A stretch of DNA of 64,000 bases, from contig CAZJIM010000002.1 in the NCBI GenBank assembly GCA_964546115.1, positions 1,742 to 65,741 of the forward strand, read 5' to 3'. The stretch comes from an uncultured Gemmatimonadaceae bacterium (GTDB lineage: Bacteria > Gemmatimonadota > Gemmatimonadetes > Longimicrobiales > Gaopeijiaceae). Under the pieces are notes generated by a model. The model was not told the DNA's origin. It searched no databases and saw only the letters and a list, made by a program, of their open reading frames with translations. Positions within the stretch are counted from its first letter, which is position 1, and the number at the start of each line of letters is the position of its first letter. A program made the position numbers and the translations under genes. This document shows positions 18,166 to 26,485 of the stretch, piece by piece.

Positions 18166-19332
18166 TCATAACCAGTGACCCGAGCGTTTCGCCTTGGTCT
18201 GGACGTAGCGCAGATTGTGGCGGTTGATTCCACCGTAGAGGGGCATGCGTTCCGTGACTTCGATGCCGCTCTCCTCCACCGCCATCACCTTGTTGGGGTT
18301 GTTGGTGAGGAGTTCGACCCGCTTGATGTCGAGGTGGTTCAGGATCGCCACCCCCGCATCGTAACGCCGCTCGTCCGCACCGAAGCCGAGCACGCCGTCA
18401 GCGTCGACCGTGTCCAGCCCATCGGCTTGGAGGTTGTAAGCGCGAATCTTGTTACCCAGTCCGATCCCACGGCCCTCTTGGGCTAGATATACCAACACGC
18501 CTCCGCCCCGGTTCTTGAAGTGCTCTAGGCTCCCGCGGAGCTGCTCCCCACAGTCACAGCGCAAGCTGCCGAAGAGGTCTCCCGTGAGGCACGCCGAGTG
18601 GAGGCGTACCGGCACCGGATCGGGCCATCCTGCGCGAGGTCCGACCAGTACCGCCACGTGCTCCAGGAGGCCCCCGCCTTCTCGGAAGAATACGAAACGG
18701 GAGTGCTCGGCGCCCGCCAAGGGAACCGGCGCCTCGGCCACGGTGGTGATCTCGATTCCGGACCCGGCCGCCGCGTGCTCTGCGTCCTCGTTCGAGACGT
18801 CGAGAACCGTCCCGTCCTCGATCCAGCGCACTAGTAGCGGCGAACCGCGATCCACCTCCACGCTCACCACAGCGGGAAGGAGACGGGCGAATCGCGTGAG
18901 CGCCAACCCTGCCGATTCAGTGGCGCTGGCCGGACGCGTGTTGAAGCGGAGAGAAGAGCCGGACTGGGCGGGTCTTCGTGCCGTCGCCAGTCCCAGAATC
19001 GTCTCCGGAGTTTCGCCGACGTCGAGTCCGATGCTGAGGTTCGCCTCACCCTCGTGTTCGGCGATCCTCATCGCTCGACCGCGATGGCGGGTCACGACCA
19101 GACGAAGGGGTGCACCGAGGGAGCGGAGCCGTTCCAGCCCGTCCACGCCCAGACATTCGACCGCAGCGACCAGGGCGCACGCACCTCGAGCCCCATTGGT
19201 CACGCAGAGAACTCGTCCCTGCCTGAGCTCGAAGAGTCCTCGTTCCGCTTTGTGCGCCATTCGGTCAGGTAGTATCGTTGGGGCCGCGTGTGCCCCGATC
19301 CGGGCGTCGTGGGCTGGCTGGCCGCTCTGCAA
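18166..19332 (-). CDS. GTP cyclohydrolase II paralog with a degenerate DHBP-synthase(RibB)-like N-terminal domain
   Basis: The C-terminal ~190 aa is HSACLTGDLFGSLRCDCGEQL...EGRGIGLGNKIRAYNLQ...LLTNNPNKV, the canonical RibA core with its zinc Cys triad. The N-terminal ~190 aa aligns to RibB (ELRQGRVLCV...ALVAAVE...LRLVVTRHR) but lacks the acidic catalytic motif. An alternative start is ATG 19260. Confidence 0.85.
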   Translation of the reverse strand: MQSGQPAHDARIGAHAAPTILPDRMAHKAERGLFELRQGRVLCVTNGARGACALVAAVECLGVDGLERLRSLGAPLRLVVTRHRGRAMRIAEHEGEANLSIGLDVGETPETILGLATARRPAQSGSSLRFNTRPASATESAGLALTRFARLLPAVVSVEVDRGSPLLVRWIEDGTVLDVSNEDAEHAAAGSGIEITTVAEAPVPLAGAEHSRFVFFREGGGLLEHVAVLVGPRAGWPDPVPVRLHSACLTGDLFGSLRCDCGEQLRGSLEHFKNRGGGVLVYLAQEGRGIGLGNKIRAYNLQADGLDTVDADGVLGFGADERRYDAGVAILNHLDIKRVELLTNNPNKVMAVEESGIEVTERMPLYGGINRHNLRYVQTKAKRSGHWL

Positions 19333-19394
19333 TTCGTCCCGGAAACCGGTTCCGGGGCGATCGGGCGAAAGATGCGCCTGTAGGACTCCGGCTG

Positions 19395-21047
19395 ATGAGG
19401 GTACTCATTAAGATGATCAGGCTCGTGTCCGGGTGGGTGCTTGTCAATGGGCTGCTCTTGACGCCATCGTGGCTCTCGGGCGTGGTGGCGGACGCACCGA
19501 CGTCGGCCTGGCTTTCCCTGGAGGCGGCCCTGATCGTGGGTGCGATGGCGCTCCTGCCACGGCGGCCTTGGAGCCGCGGGCTGGCCTGGGTCTTGGCCAC
19601 GGGAGTCATTCTGTTCGTCGCCATCGCGCTGACGGATGTCGTCTTCCGGGTGAGCCTGAGCCGCTCGCTCAACCTCTCCTTGGACCTCTATCTGCTGAGC
19701 GCCATCTACCGGCTGGCGGTGGGGAATTTGGGGTTCTTGTCGACACTTTTTGGGTTCGGGGCAATCACCGTTTCCCTCGCCCTGTCGGCGTTCGCGATGG
19801 CATGGCTTCTGACGCCGACCGCCTCGGACGGCGGGAAGTCCCTCTCCCGGCCCGTACCGCGGGCCGCAGGGGGAATCATAGTGGGCTCGCTCGCGCTCGG
19901 CCTCATTGGTCTGGCCGCGCCCGCCGTTGGACACCTGATGGCCGCACCCGCCGTTTGGCTCGCCCTCGAGCAGGCGGAGCAATTTGGGGCGACTCGCGAG
20001 GAACAGAAGGCGTTCGCGGCCGAGCTGGAGACGCGCTCGGATGGATTCGCGGACTTGCCGGGACTGTTCTCGAGGCTGGAGGGGCGCAACGTCGTCTTGA
20101 CGTACATCGAGTCCTACGGGATGGCGGCGCTCGAGGACCCTGAGTTCGCGGTGACCATTCGGCCGCGCCTCGACACGATCGCAACACGAATCGAGAGTGC
20201 GGGCCTCCACTTCGCGACCGGCGAGTTTACCTCCCCTACCGTGGGCGGGCAGTCGTGGTACGCGCACGGGACCATGCTCAGCGGACTCTGGCTCGAAAAT
20301 CAGCTTCGCTACGACCTCCTGCTCGCGAGCGAGCGGAAGACGCTGGTCGACGACTTCCGTCGCGCCGGCTACCGCACCGCAACCGTGATGCCCGCCATCA
20401 CGACGAGCTGGCCGGAGGGGCTCCGACTCGGCTACGACGACGTGTATTCGAGGCCTTCCATTCCCTACGCCGGCCCGCCCTTCTACTGGGTCACCGTCCC
20501 GGATCAGTTCACGTGGTCGTTCCTCGGGGACCTCATCAAGGAGGCGACAACCCCGCTCTTTTTGGAAGCGGCGATGGTGAGCAGCCATGCGCCCTGGACC
20601 CCCGTCCTGCCCCTCGTCGATTGGGACTCCGTGGGGGACGGAGCGATTTTCGGACCCTACCGAGAGGATGGGTATCCGCCCGAGAAACTCTGGTGGGATG
20701 TCCAGGCCCTGCGCCAGGGTTACGCTCGCACTCTCGACTACTCGCTGCTGGCGATGGCCGAGTTTGCCGAGTGGTTCCTGAATGAGCGGACGCTCCTGGT
20801 CGTGGTTGGGGACCACCAGGCGGCTCCCTGGGTGACGGGGGCGAGCGACGCGGATGTTCCGGTGCACGTGATCGCCCACGACCCCGCCCTTCTCAAGCCC
20901 TTCTTCGAGTGGGGGTTCCTCCCCGGCGCCTTCCCCAACCCGGAGGGCACGCCTCCGCGAATGGACGAGTTCCGCGAGTGGTTCCTGCGGGCCTTTAGCG
21001 GCGGCACCGTCGACTCCACCACTCTTTTGACGAAGGAGGGAAGGTGA
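19395..21047 (+). CDS. Membrane-anchored sulfatase/LtaS-like (alkaline-phosphatase superfamily) transferase
   Basis: Start chosen at ATG 19395 (MRVLIKMIRLVSGW...). There are about 5 N-terminal TM helices, followed by a catalytic domain with NVVLTYIESYG, FTSPTVGGQSW and VVVGDHQAAPW. The overlapping 653-aa minus ORF is an Arg/Pro-rich shadow. Confidence 0.7.
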   Translation: MRVLIKMIRLVSGWVLVNGLLLTPSWLSGVVADAPTSAWLSLEAALIVGAMALLPRRPWSRGLAWVLATGVILFVAIALTDVVFRVSLSRSLNLSLDLYLLSAIYRLAVGNLGFLSTLFGFGAITVSLALSAFAMAWLLTPTASDGGKSLSRPVPRAAGGIIVGSLALGLIGLAAPAVGHLMAAPAVWLALEQAEQFGATREEQKAFAAELETRSDGFADLPGLFSRLEGRNVVLTYIESYGMAALEDPEFAVTIRPRLDTIATRIESAGLHFATGEFTSPTVGGQSWYAHGTMLSGLWLENQLRYDLLLASERKTLVDDFRRAGYRTATVMPAITTSWPEGLRLGYDDVYSRPSIPYAGPPFYWVTVPDQFTWSFLGDLIKEATTPLFLEAAMVSSHAPWTPVLPLVDWDSVGDGAIFGPYREDGYPPEKLWWDVQALRQGYARTLDYSLLAMAEFAEWFLNERTLLVVVGDHQAAPWVTGASDADVPVHVIAHDPALLKPFFEWGFLPGAFPNPEGTPPRMDEFREWFLRAFSGGTVDSTTLLTKEGR

Positions 21048-21682
21048 CAAAGGGCTTCGGCACCGGCGCCCGGCTCTTCCATTGGTTGGTCGTGCTACTC
21101 TTGCTGGTACAGATCCCCGCGGGAATCGCGATGATCGCACCCGCCCTCGAGCAGGAGTCAATCGACCGGCTCTTTGTCTTGCACAAAGGGCTCGGCGTCG
21201 TACTCCTCGTGGTCGTGGCGGCCCGCGTACTGTGGCGGCTGACCCACCCGGCGCCGCCGATGTCGGAGACCTTCCCCGAGTTGGAGCGACGCATGGCGAC
21301 CATGGCGCACTGGGTCATCTACGTGGTCCTGATCGTGGTTGCGGGGAGCGGATACGTGCACGTGGTCGGGGATGGCTTCCCCATCGAGATGATGGACGCG
21401 CTCAGGCTACCGACGCTGTTACCTCTGATGCCCGGGGTCGCCTCGTGGGCGTCCCTCGTGCACCGATTCTCGACGTTCTTGCTGATCATCCTGGTGTCAT
21501 TTCACGTGGCAGAGGTCCTGCGGCACCATCTAGTGCTGCGCGACGAGACGCTGGGCCGGATGTGGCCGCCGCTTGGCGGGCCAGAGCCCCCTCCCGACTC
21601 CGAAACGAAGCCGGAGAGCGGGACCAAGACCGAGGGAGTGGCTAACCCCGAAGGAGGGGCCGGCGGTGTGGGGCCGAGTTGA
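21044..21682 (+). CDS. Cytochrome b561 family protein
   Basis: 212 aa with 4 TM segments. Has the conserved His pattern (ARLFHWLVVLL, LHKGLG, MAHWVIY, HRFSTF). The GTG start overlaps the upstream TGA (GTGA). Confidence 0.75.
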   Translation: MTKGFGTGARLFHWLVVLLLLVQIPAGIAMIAPALEQESIDRLFVLHKGLGVVLLVVVAARVLWRLTHPAPPMSETFPELERRMATMAHWVIYVVLIVVAGSGYVHVVGDGFPIEMMDALRLPTLLPLMPGVASWASLVHRFSTFLLIILVSFHVAEVLRHHLVLRDETLGRMWPPLGGPEPPPDSETKPESGTKTEGVANPEGGAGGVGPS

Positions 21683-22430
21683 GTGCTGGCTCGGCCTGGT
21701 TCGCTCGCTGATCATCTACTGGCGGCCGGGCCGGCAGCGCGGGCTGCGGGAGCTGTACCGCCCGTTCGTCGGGGCGGGAGACCTGGTTTTCGACGTGGGG
21801 GCGCACCTGGGAGACCGCACCGCCGCGTTCCGAAAATTGGGCGCGCGGGTGGTGGCCTTGGAGCCCCAGCCAGCCGTGTGCCGCTGGCTCGTGCAGATCG
21901 TCGGGCGCAGCCGTGACGTTTCAGTTCGGCCGGAGGCGGTGGGGCGCGCGGTCGGTACCGCCCGCCTGGCCCTGAGCCACCGCACGCCGACCATGTCCTC
22001 CCTGGCCGAGGACTGGCGAAGCACCCTGCCCGCACAGAACCCCGGCTTCCGCCGCGTGCGCTGGGACGACTCGTTGGAGGTGCCGGTGACGACCCTGGAC
22101 GCGCTGATCGAGGACCATGGCCTCCCGCGCTTCTGTAAAATCGACGTGGAAGGGTACGAAGCCGAGGTGCTGGCGGGCCTGAGTCACCGCATCCCCGCGC
22201 TCTCCGTGGAATTCTTGGGAGGGGCTCTGGACGTCGCCGAGGCGTGCGTGCGGAGGCTCGAGGTGCTAAGTGGGTACGAGTTCAACGCGATCGAGGGAGA
22301 GGAGAGGAGATTCATGTCGAAGCAGTGGCTTACGGCTAATGAGATGGTCGCCTGGCTGAGGCGTGACGGGGGGAGTGTTTCTTCGGGAGACGTCTACGCC
22401 CGGCTGACCGAGTGCTCGAACCATGGCTGA
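21666..22430 (+). CDS. FkbM-family SAM-dependent methyltransferase
   Basis: FDVGAHLGDRTAAF...VVALEPQP...FCKIDVEGYEAEVL are typical FkbM motifs. Start placed at GTG 21666, a 17-nt overlap with the b561 gene. The track ORF from 21573 would overlap by 110 nt. Confidence 0.7.
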   Translation: MWGRVECWLGLVRSLIIYWRPGRQRGLRELYRPFVGAGDLVFDVGAHLGDRTAAFRKLGARVVALEPQPAVCRWLVQIVGRSRDVSVRPEAVGRAVGTARLALSHRTPTMSSLAEDWRSTLPAQNPGFRRVRWDDSLEVPVTTLDALIEDHGLPRFCKIDVEGYEAEVLAGLSHRIPALSVEFLGGALDVAEACVRRLEVLSGYEFNAIEGEERRFMSKQWLTANEMVAWLRRDGGSVSSGDVYARLTECSNHG

Positions 22431-23238
22431 CGGGGCGATCCGTTGGTGGCAAACCCTGACGACGGTGGAGGCGGATGCGATCGAGGCAAGCGATCCGGTG
22501 GTCGTTCTGCCCCTCGCCGCAGTCGAACCGCACGGATCTCACCTGCCCCTCTCCACCGGCCTCGAGATCGGGCTCGGCCTGCTCTCGGAAGCGTTCGGGC
22601 GGCTGCCGGATGGCTTTCCGGCCTGGGCTCTGCCGCCCCAAGCGATCGGCTGCAGCCGAGAACACTCGCGCTTTGCGGGAACGCTTTCTCTGGAGCCGGA
22701 GCAGCTCTCCTCCCTGATCGAGGCGGCGGGCGAGGCTCTCGCACGAATCGGCGTGCGGCGCCTCGTGCTGAGCAACAGCCACGGCGGGAACCGGCACGCG
22801 CTGGAGATCGCCGGTCTACGGCTTCGCGACGAGTTGGGTATGCTGGTCGTGCACGCGAGCTGGTTCCGTTTTCCCCAGCTGAAAGACGTGGACCTCCCGG
22901 ATGGGGAGTGGCGCCACGGCATCCATGGCGGGGCGGTGGAGACGGCCATGATGATGCATCTCCGGCCGGATCTGGTGAGCGCGCCCGAAGCGGCCCAGAC
23001 CCGCTCCTTCGGTGAGGAATTTGAGAAAACGCTACGGTTGGTGGCTCCGGAGGGTTCGACCTCGTTCTCCTGGCTGGCCGGCGATCTAAATGTCGATGGA
23101 GTGGTCGGGGACGCGACCTTGGCCAACGCCGATCTTGGGGCACGGTTGGTGTCGCACTACGGAGCGTTCCTGGCCGACGTAATCGAGGACGCGCGGGCGT
23201 TCCCTCTGGACCGGCTGGAGACCCACGCCCGTGAGTAG
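22423..23238 (+). CDS. Creatininase-family amidohydrolase
   Basis: 271 aa. Family motifs are VVVLPLAAVEPHGSHLPLSTG, SNSHGGN and HGGAVETAMMMHL. The start overlaps the FkbM stop by 8 nt. Confidence 0.85.
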   Translation: MADGAIRWWQTLTTVEADAIEASDPVVVLPLAAVEPHGSHLPLSTGLEIGLGLLSEAFGRLPDGFPAWALPPQAIGCSREHSRFAGTLSLEPEQLSSLIEAAGEALARIGVRRLVLSNSHGGNRHALEIAGLRLRDELGMLVVHASWFRFPQLKDVDLPDGEWRHGIHGGAVETAMMMHLRPDLVSAPEAAQTRSFGEEFEKTLRLVAPEGSTSFSWLAGDLNVDGVVGDATLANADLGARLVSHYGAFLADVIEDARAFPLDRLETHARE

Positions 23239-23261
23239 CTCCGCGAAGGCGGTGGGTCGGA

Positions 23262-24152
23262 TTGTCTGAGATCGCAGCCGCGCTGGACGAGGTTGCGGCC
23301 TGGACACTGGTACGCGCCGCCGTGGCGCGTGATCTCCCCGAGCCCGGGCCTCGTCGTGTAGTGCATGGCACGCGCTCGGAGCTCTGGCTTGAGCTGAGCG
23401 AGTCCGGGCGCTGGGAGACGTCGGCTCCGCCCACGCCGGCGGCTCGAGATCTGCTCGACCTCTATCTGCCGCTCACCCGTGGACCCGACTTGGTCATCGG
23501 GCAGCTCGGCCAGAGCCTGGACGGCCGCATCGCAACGGTGAGCGGGAAGTCCCACTACATCACCGGACCAGAGGACATCCGCCGCCTCCACCGACTTCGC
23601 GCTCTGGTCGACGCCGTGATCGTGGGGGTCGTCACCGTGGCGCTGGACGATCCGGAGCTCACGGTGCGGAAGGTGAAGGGCGAAAATCCGGTCCGGGTGG
23701 TGCTCGATCCGGACGGCCGCCTCGGGCAGGACCGTCGGATCTTCTCGGACGGATTGGCCCCGACGATCGTGGTGCGAGGCACCGGGGTGGATGATCTCCA
23801 AGCCACAGGGGATGGCCCCGATGATGCCAAAGCCACAGGGGATGGCCTCCCGGAAGTCCTCACCCTTCCCGCCTCCGGCGCCGAGGGCTTCGAGCCGAAG
23901 GGTGTTCTGGAAGCGCTCCGTGCCCGCGGGCTGCGACGGGTGCTGGTGGAGGGGGGAGGGGTCACGGTGTCGAGGTTCCTCAAGGCCGGCATCCTCGACC
24001 GACTCCACCTGACCGTCGCACCTATGTTGATGGGCTCGGGCCGTCCGGGGATCACCCTGCCGCCGATCGAGACCCTGGACCAGTCGCTCCGGGCTCGGTG
24101 CCGTCACGTACCCCTAGGAGACGACCTCCTCTTCGATCTCGACCTGAGCTGA
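23262..24152 (+). CDS. RibD C-terminal-domain (DHFR-like) reductase, no deaminase domain
   Basis: 296 aa. Has GQLGQSLDGRIAT...ITGPEDIRRLHRLRALVDAVIVGVVTV..DDP.LTVR...RVLVEGGGVTVSRFL...LHLTVAPMLMGSG. It contains an in-frame 30-bp tandem duplication. Confidence 0.85.
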   Translation: MSEIAAALDEVAAWTLVRAAVARDLPEPGPRRVVHGTRSELWLELSESGRWETSAPPTPAARDLLDLYLPLTRGPDLVIGQLGQSLDGRIATVSGKSHYITGPEDIRRLHRLRALVDAVIVGVVTVALDDPELTVRKVKGENPVRVVLDPDGRLGQDRRIFSDGLAPTIVVRGTGVDDLQATGDGPDDAKATGDGLPEVLTLPASGAEGFEPKGVLEALRARGLRRVLVEGGGVTVSRFLKAGILDRLHLTVAPMLMGSGRPGITLPPIETLDQSLRARCRHVPLGDDLLFDLDLS

Positions 24153-24185
24153 GCAGGACGACGCCCGGAACGGAGGAACCGGGGA

Positions 24186-25016
24186 TCAGGGACTGTCTAG
24201 GCCCCGGGGGAGGGCCAACAGGTCCACGTGTCCCACATCGAGCCCAGGCGTCAAGGCGGTCGTTGCGCGACGGCGGTCTGCCCAACTCTGGATGAGCGCA
24301 GCGTCGTCGGGACGCTGCTCGGAGGCGGCCGCCCCCCACCCGTCGATCAACGCGCGAGCCAGCGAAGTGTCGGCGGCGCCCAAGCGCCAGGGGCTCGGCC
24401 GGAGCCGGGTGTCGTATCCGGCCGCGCGGAATGCGCGCTCCGCCGCGGGGCCGCCCGCCGGTCCGAGCGCAGGTCCCATGCCCTTGTCCCGGAGCTGATG
24501 GCTCCGCACTGCCTCGGCGACGAGCGCGTCGTCGGGGTCGGGGTCATCCCAGGTCATGGTGCCATCCCAGGTGAGGGCAAGCAGCGCCCCGCTCCCGGCT
24601 GCTAGGCACGCTGCTACGAGCCGCTCGAGCCACTCGTGGGTCACCAGGTCCAGCAGCGCGGAGGCTGTCACGAGGTCCGCTCCGAGGACGAGCTCCAGCC
24701 CTTCCTGGTCCAGCTCGCCGACGACGCACTCCGCCCCACCCCCCCCGGCCATTCCGTGGACTGCGACGACCGTGTGGGTCGCCCGTTCAAGCAGAGCGGC
24801 GTCCCTGTCCACCAGCGTCCATGTCTGCTCGCCCGGGAGCCGGGGCACGAGGTAGCGGAGGTTCGAACCGGTGCCGCTACCCAGGTCGAGCACGCGCCGG
24901 CTCGGCCGGGACTCCCACCACTCGGCCAGGGGGACCACGAGATCGGCGGCGCGGGAGCGGTGATCCACCGGCTCGCGCAAGGCCAGCCAGTCCGGGGTGA
25001 AGGTTTCCTCACCCAC
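24186..25016 (-). CDS. Class I SAM-dependent methyltransferase
   Basis: Start placed at GTG 25016 ([16 protein letters not shown]...), overlapping the upstream GT stop by 8 nt. SAM motif is VLDLGSGTGSNLRYL. The 332-aa track ORF extends into the GT gene. Confidence 0.75.
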   Translation of the reverse strand: MGEETFTPDWLALREPVDHRSRAADLVVPLAEWWESRPSRRVLDLGSGTGSNLRYLVPRLPGEQTWTLVDRDAALLERATHTVVAVHGMAGGGGAECVVGELDQEGLELVLGADLVTASALLDLVTHEWLERLVAACLAAGSGALLALTWDGTMTWDDPDPDDALVAEAVRSHQLRDKGMGPALGPAGGPAAERAFRAAGYDTRLRPSPWRLGAADTSLARALIDGWGAAASEQRPDDAALIQSWADRRRATTALTPGLDVGHVDLLALPRGLDSP

Positions 25017-26106
25017 CCGGAGAGATCTCCCGAACGGCAAGCTCGAAGGCCAGGGTCGCGTCGCCCCAGGTAGAGAGAGACCGGCCGTGGCGGAGCGATC
25101 CCTCCGCAAGCTCGGTCCGACGCGCGGCCCCCCCCGGGTCCGAAAGCAGCTCCTCCAGCGCAACCGCCAGAGCCGCCTCGTCACCGGGGGCCACGAGCAT
25201 ACCGGCCTCGGGGGGTACGGTGTCCGGAACTGCTCCTCCGCGCGTGCTCAAGACCGGGAGTCCGCGGGCGAGAGCCTCGGACAGCACCATGCCGTAGCCT
25301 TCGTAGTGAGTCGCAAGCACGAAGATCGAAGCCGAGTGGTAGAGCCCGTCGAGCTCCAGGGCCCCGAGCTCGCCGGGGAAGTCGATTCGGTCCTCCAGCC
25401 CCAGTGCTCGCGTCAGCTCCAGCACCGAGCCGGCGAATTCCGGCGCCCGCGTCAGGGTCCCTGCGCACAGGCAGCTCCAGGGGAGAGCAGTGACGCGGGC
25501 GAGGGCGCGAACCAGCACGTCCTGCCCCTTTCGGGGGATCACCGAGCCCACACACAGAAGGCGGGGAGCCTCGCCGGGCCCGGGGCCTACCGCGGCTCGC
25601 GCCGCGTCTGTCCCGGGCGGTACGATGCGGATGCGCGAGGCGGGGACGCCGTACTCCGCGAGCCGGCTCGCGCTGAACGCGCTCGTCACAACCACGCCGG
25701 AGCACTGTGCCAGAGACTCGCGCTCCAACCCGGTGAGGCGAGCGTGCTCGGCGGTGTCCAATCCCGTCTCGTCGGCAAGCGGGTGGTGAATGAGAGCCGT
25801 CAGCCGTAAACGCTCTCGGTGCACCCGGAGAGGGTCGGGAAGCGGGCTCATAGCGAGGCCGTCCAGGACAACCCGGGCACCTTCGGGGATCCCCTCTAGG
25901 GTGCGAGCGAGGCTAGACTCCGCGCACGTGTCGCCCGCGGAGAATCTGCCCTCGAGCACATGGGTGATCACGTTCCAGCCCAGCGCTGTCAGGCCTTCGG
26001 CGATCCGTGCGTCGTAGAGGTAGCCGCCGGTCCGCTGGCCGAGCGGCCCCGGAACGATCAGGTGGAGATCCCCCGCGCTCAAACCGACCCTTCGAAGGAT
26101 GCCCAT
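25009..26106 (-). CDS. GT-B fold glycosyltransferase, family 4
   Basis: 365 aa. Has [18 protein letters not shown] and the C-terminal [29 protein letters not shown] (E-x7-E region). Its 5' end overlaps the PTPS-like gene by 28 nt. Confidence 0.85.
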   Translation of the reverse strand: MGILRRVGLSAGDLHLIVPGPLGQRTGGYLYDARIAEGLTALGWNVITHVLEGRFSAGDTCAESSLARTLEGIPEGARVVLDGLAMSPLPDPLRVHRERLRLTALIHHPLADETGLDTAEHARLTGLERESLAQCSGVVVTSAFSASRLAEYGVPASRIRIVPPGTDAARAAVGPGPGEAPRLLCVGSVIPRKGQDVLVRALARVTALPWSCLCAGTLTRAPEFAGSVLELTRALGLEDRIDFPGELGALELDGLYHSASIFVLATHYEGYGMVLSEALARGLPVLSTRGGAVPDTVPPEAGMLVAPGDEAALAVALEELLSDPGGAARRTELAEGSLRHGRSLSTWGDATLAFELAVREISPGG

Positions 26107-26477
26107 GCCACATGCGACTCGTGAAGCGTCATGTTTAGTCGCTGGATGCCTCGAGCCTCGTCCCCGAGGCGGCCATCATGAATTGCCTCCACGAGCCGGT
26201 CGAAGATCGTGCGCGCCAGGAACTCCGTTGTCGTGTTCTGCCCCGTGAACGCGGCCTCCTCGTCCAGGTTTCGGAAATCAAGCTCCCCGAGGATCTCTTT
26301 AAGCGTCGCGCTGGCGAGTCCGATGTCGACGACCAGGCCGTCGGCGTCGAGTTCCGGGCGGCGAAAGGTGGCGTCCACGATGTAGGTGGCACCGTGGAGA
26401 TTCTGCGCTGGACCAAAGGTCTCACCGCTGAAGCTGTGGGCGATCATGAAATGGTCGCGGACGTTCAGGCTATACAA
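26079..26477 (-). CDS. PTPS/QueD-like T-fold protein lacking canonical zinc and catalytic residues
   Basis: 132 aa. T-fold pattern FMIAHSF...[13 protein letters not shown]...DFRNLDEE...[12 protein letters not shown] replaces HGH, there is no catalytic Cys, and LDFRNL replaces LDHxxL. Confidence 0.85.
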   Translation of the reverse strand: MYSLNVRDHFMIAHSFSGETFGPAQNLHGATYIVDATFRRPELDADGLVVDIGLASATLKEILGELDFRNLDEEAAFTGQNTTTEFLARTIFDRLVEAIHDGRLGDEARGIQRLNMTLHESHVAWASFEGSV

Positions 26478-26485
26478 GGCCCCTC

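Noticed and set aside
14397-19411. Plus-strand ORFs of 230, 355, 189 and 320 aa (14397-15089, 15742-16809, 17467-18036, 18449-19411)
   Set aside because: They are antisense shadows of the ABC exporter, GH-GT2 fusion and GCH II genes. Their compositions are dominated by Arg/Pro/Ala/Ser, and no motifs were found.
19200-21161. 653-aa ORF on the minus strand, the longest ORF in this region of the track
   Set aside because: It is extremely Arg/Pro/Gly/Glu-rich with no hydrophobic core or recognisable motif. It lies exactly antisense to the LtaS/sulfatase-like gene, which has TM helices and family motifs. This is a typical high-GC shadow ORF.
22394-24107. 346-aa and 316-aa minus-strand ORFs (22394-23434 and 23157-24107)
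   Set aside because: Both are Arg/Pro/Ser-rich and low in complexity. They lie antisense to the creatininase-family and RibD-C-like genes, which carry clear family signatures.
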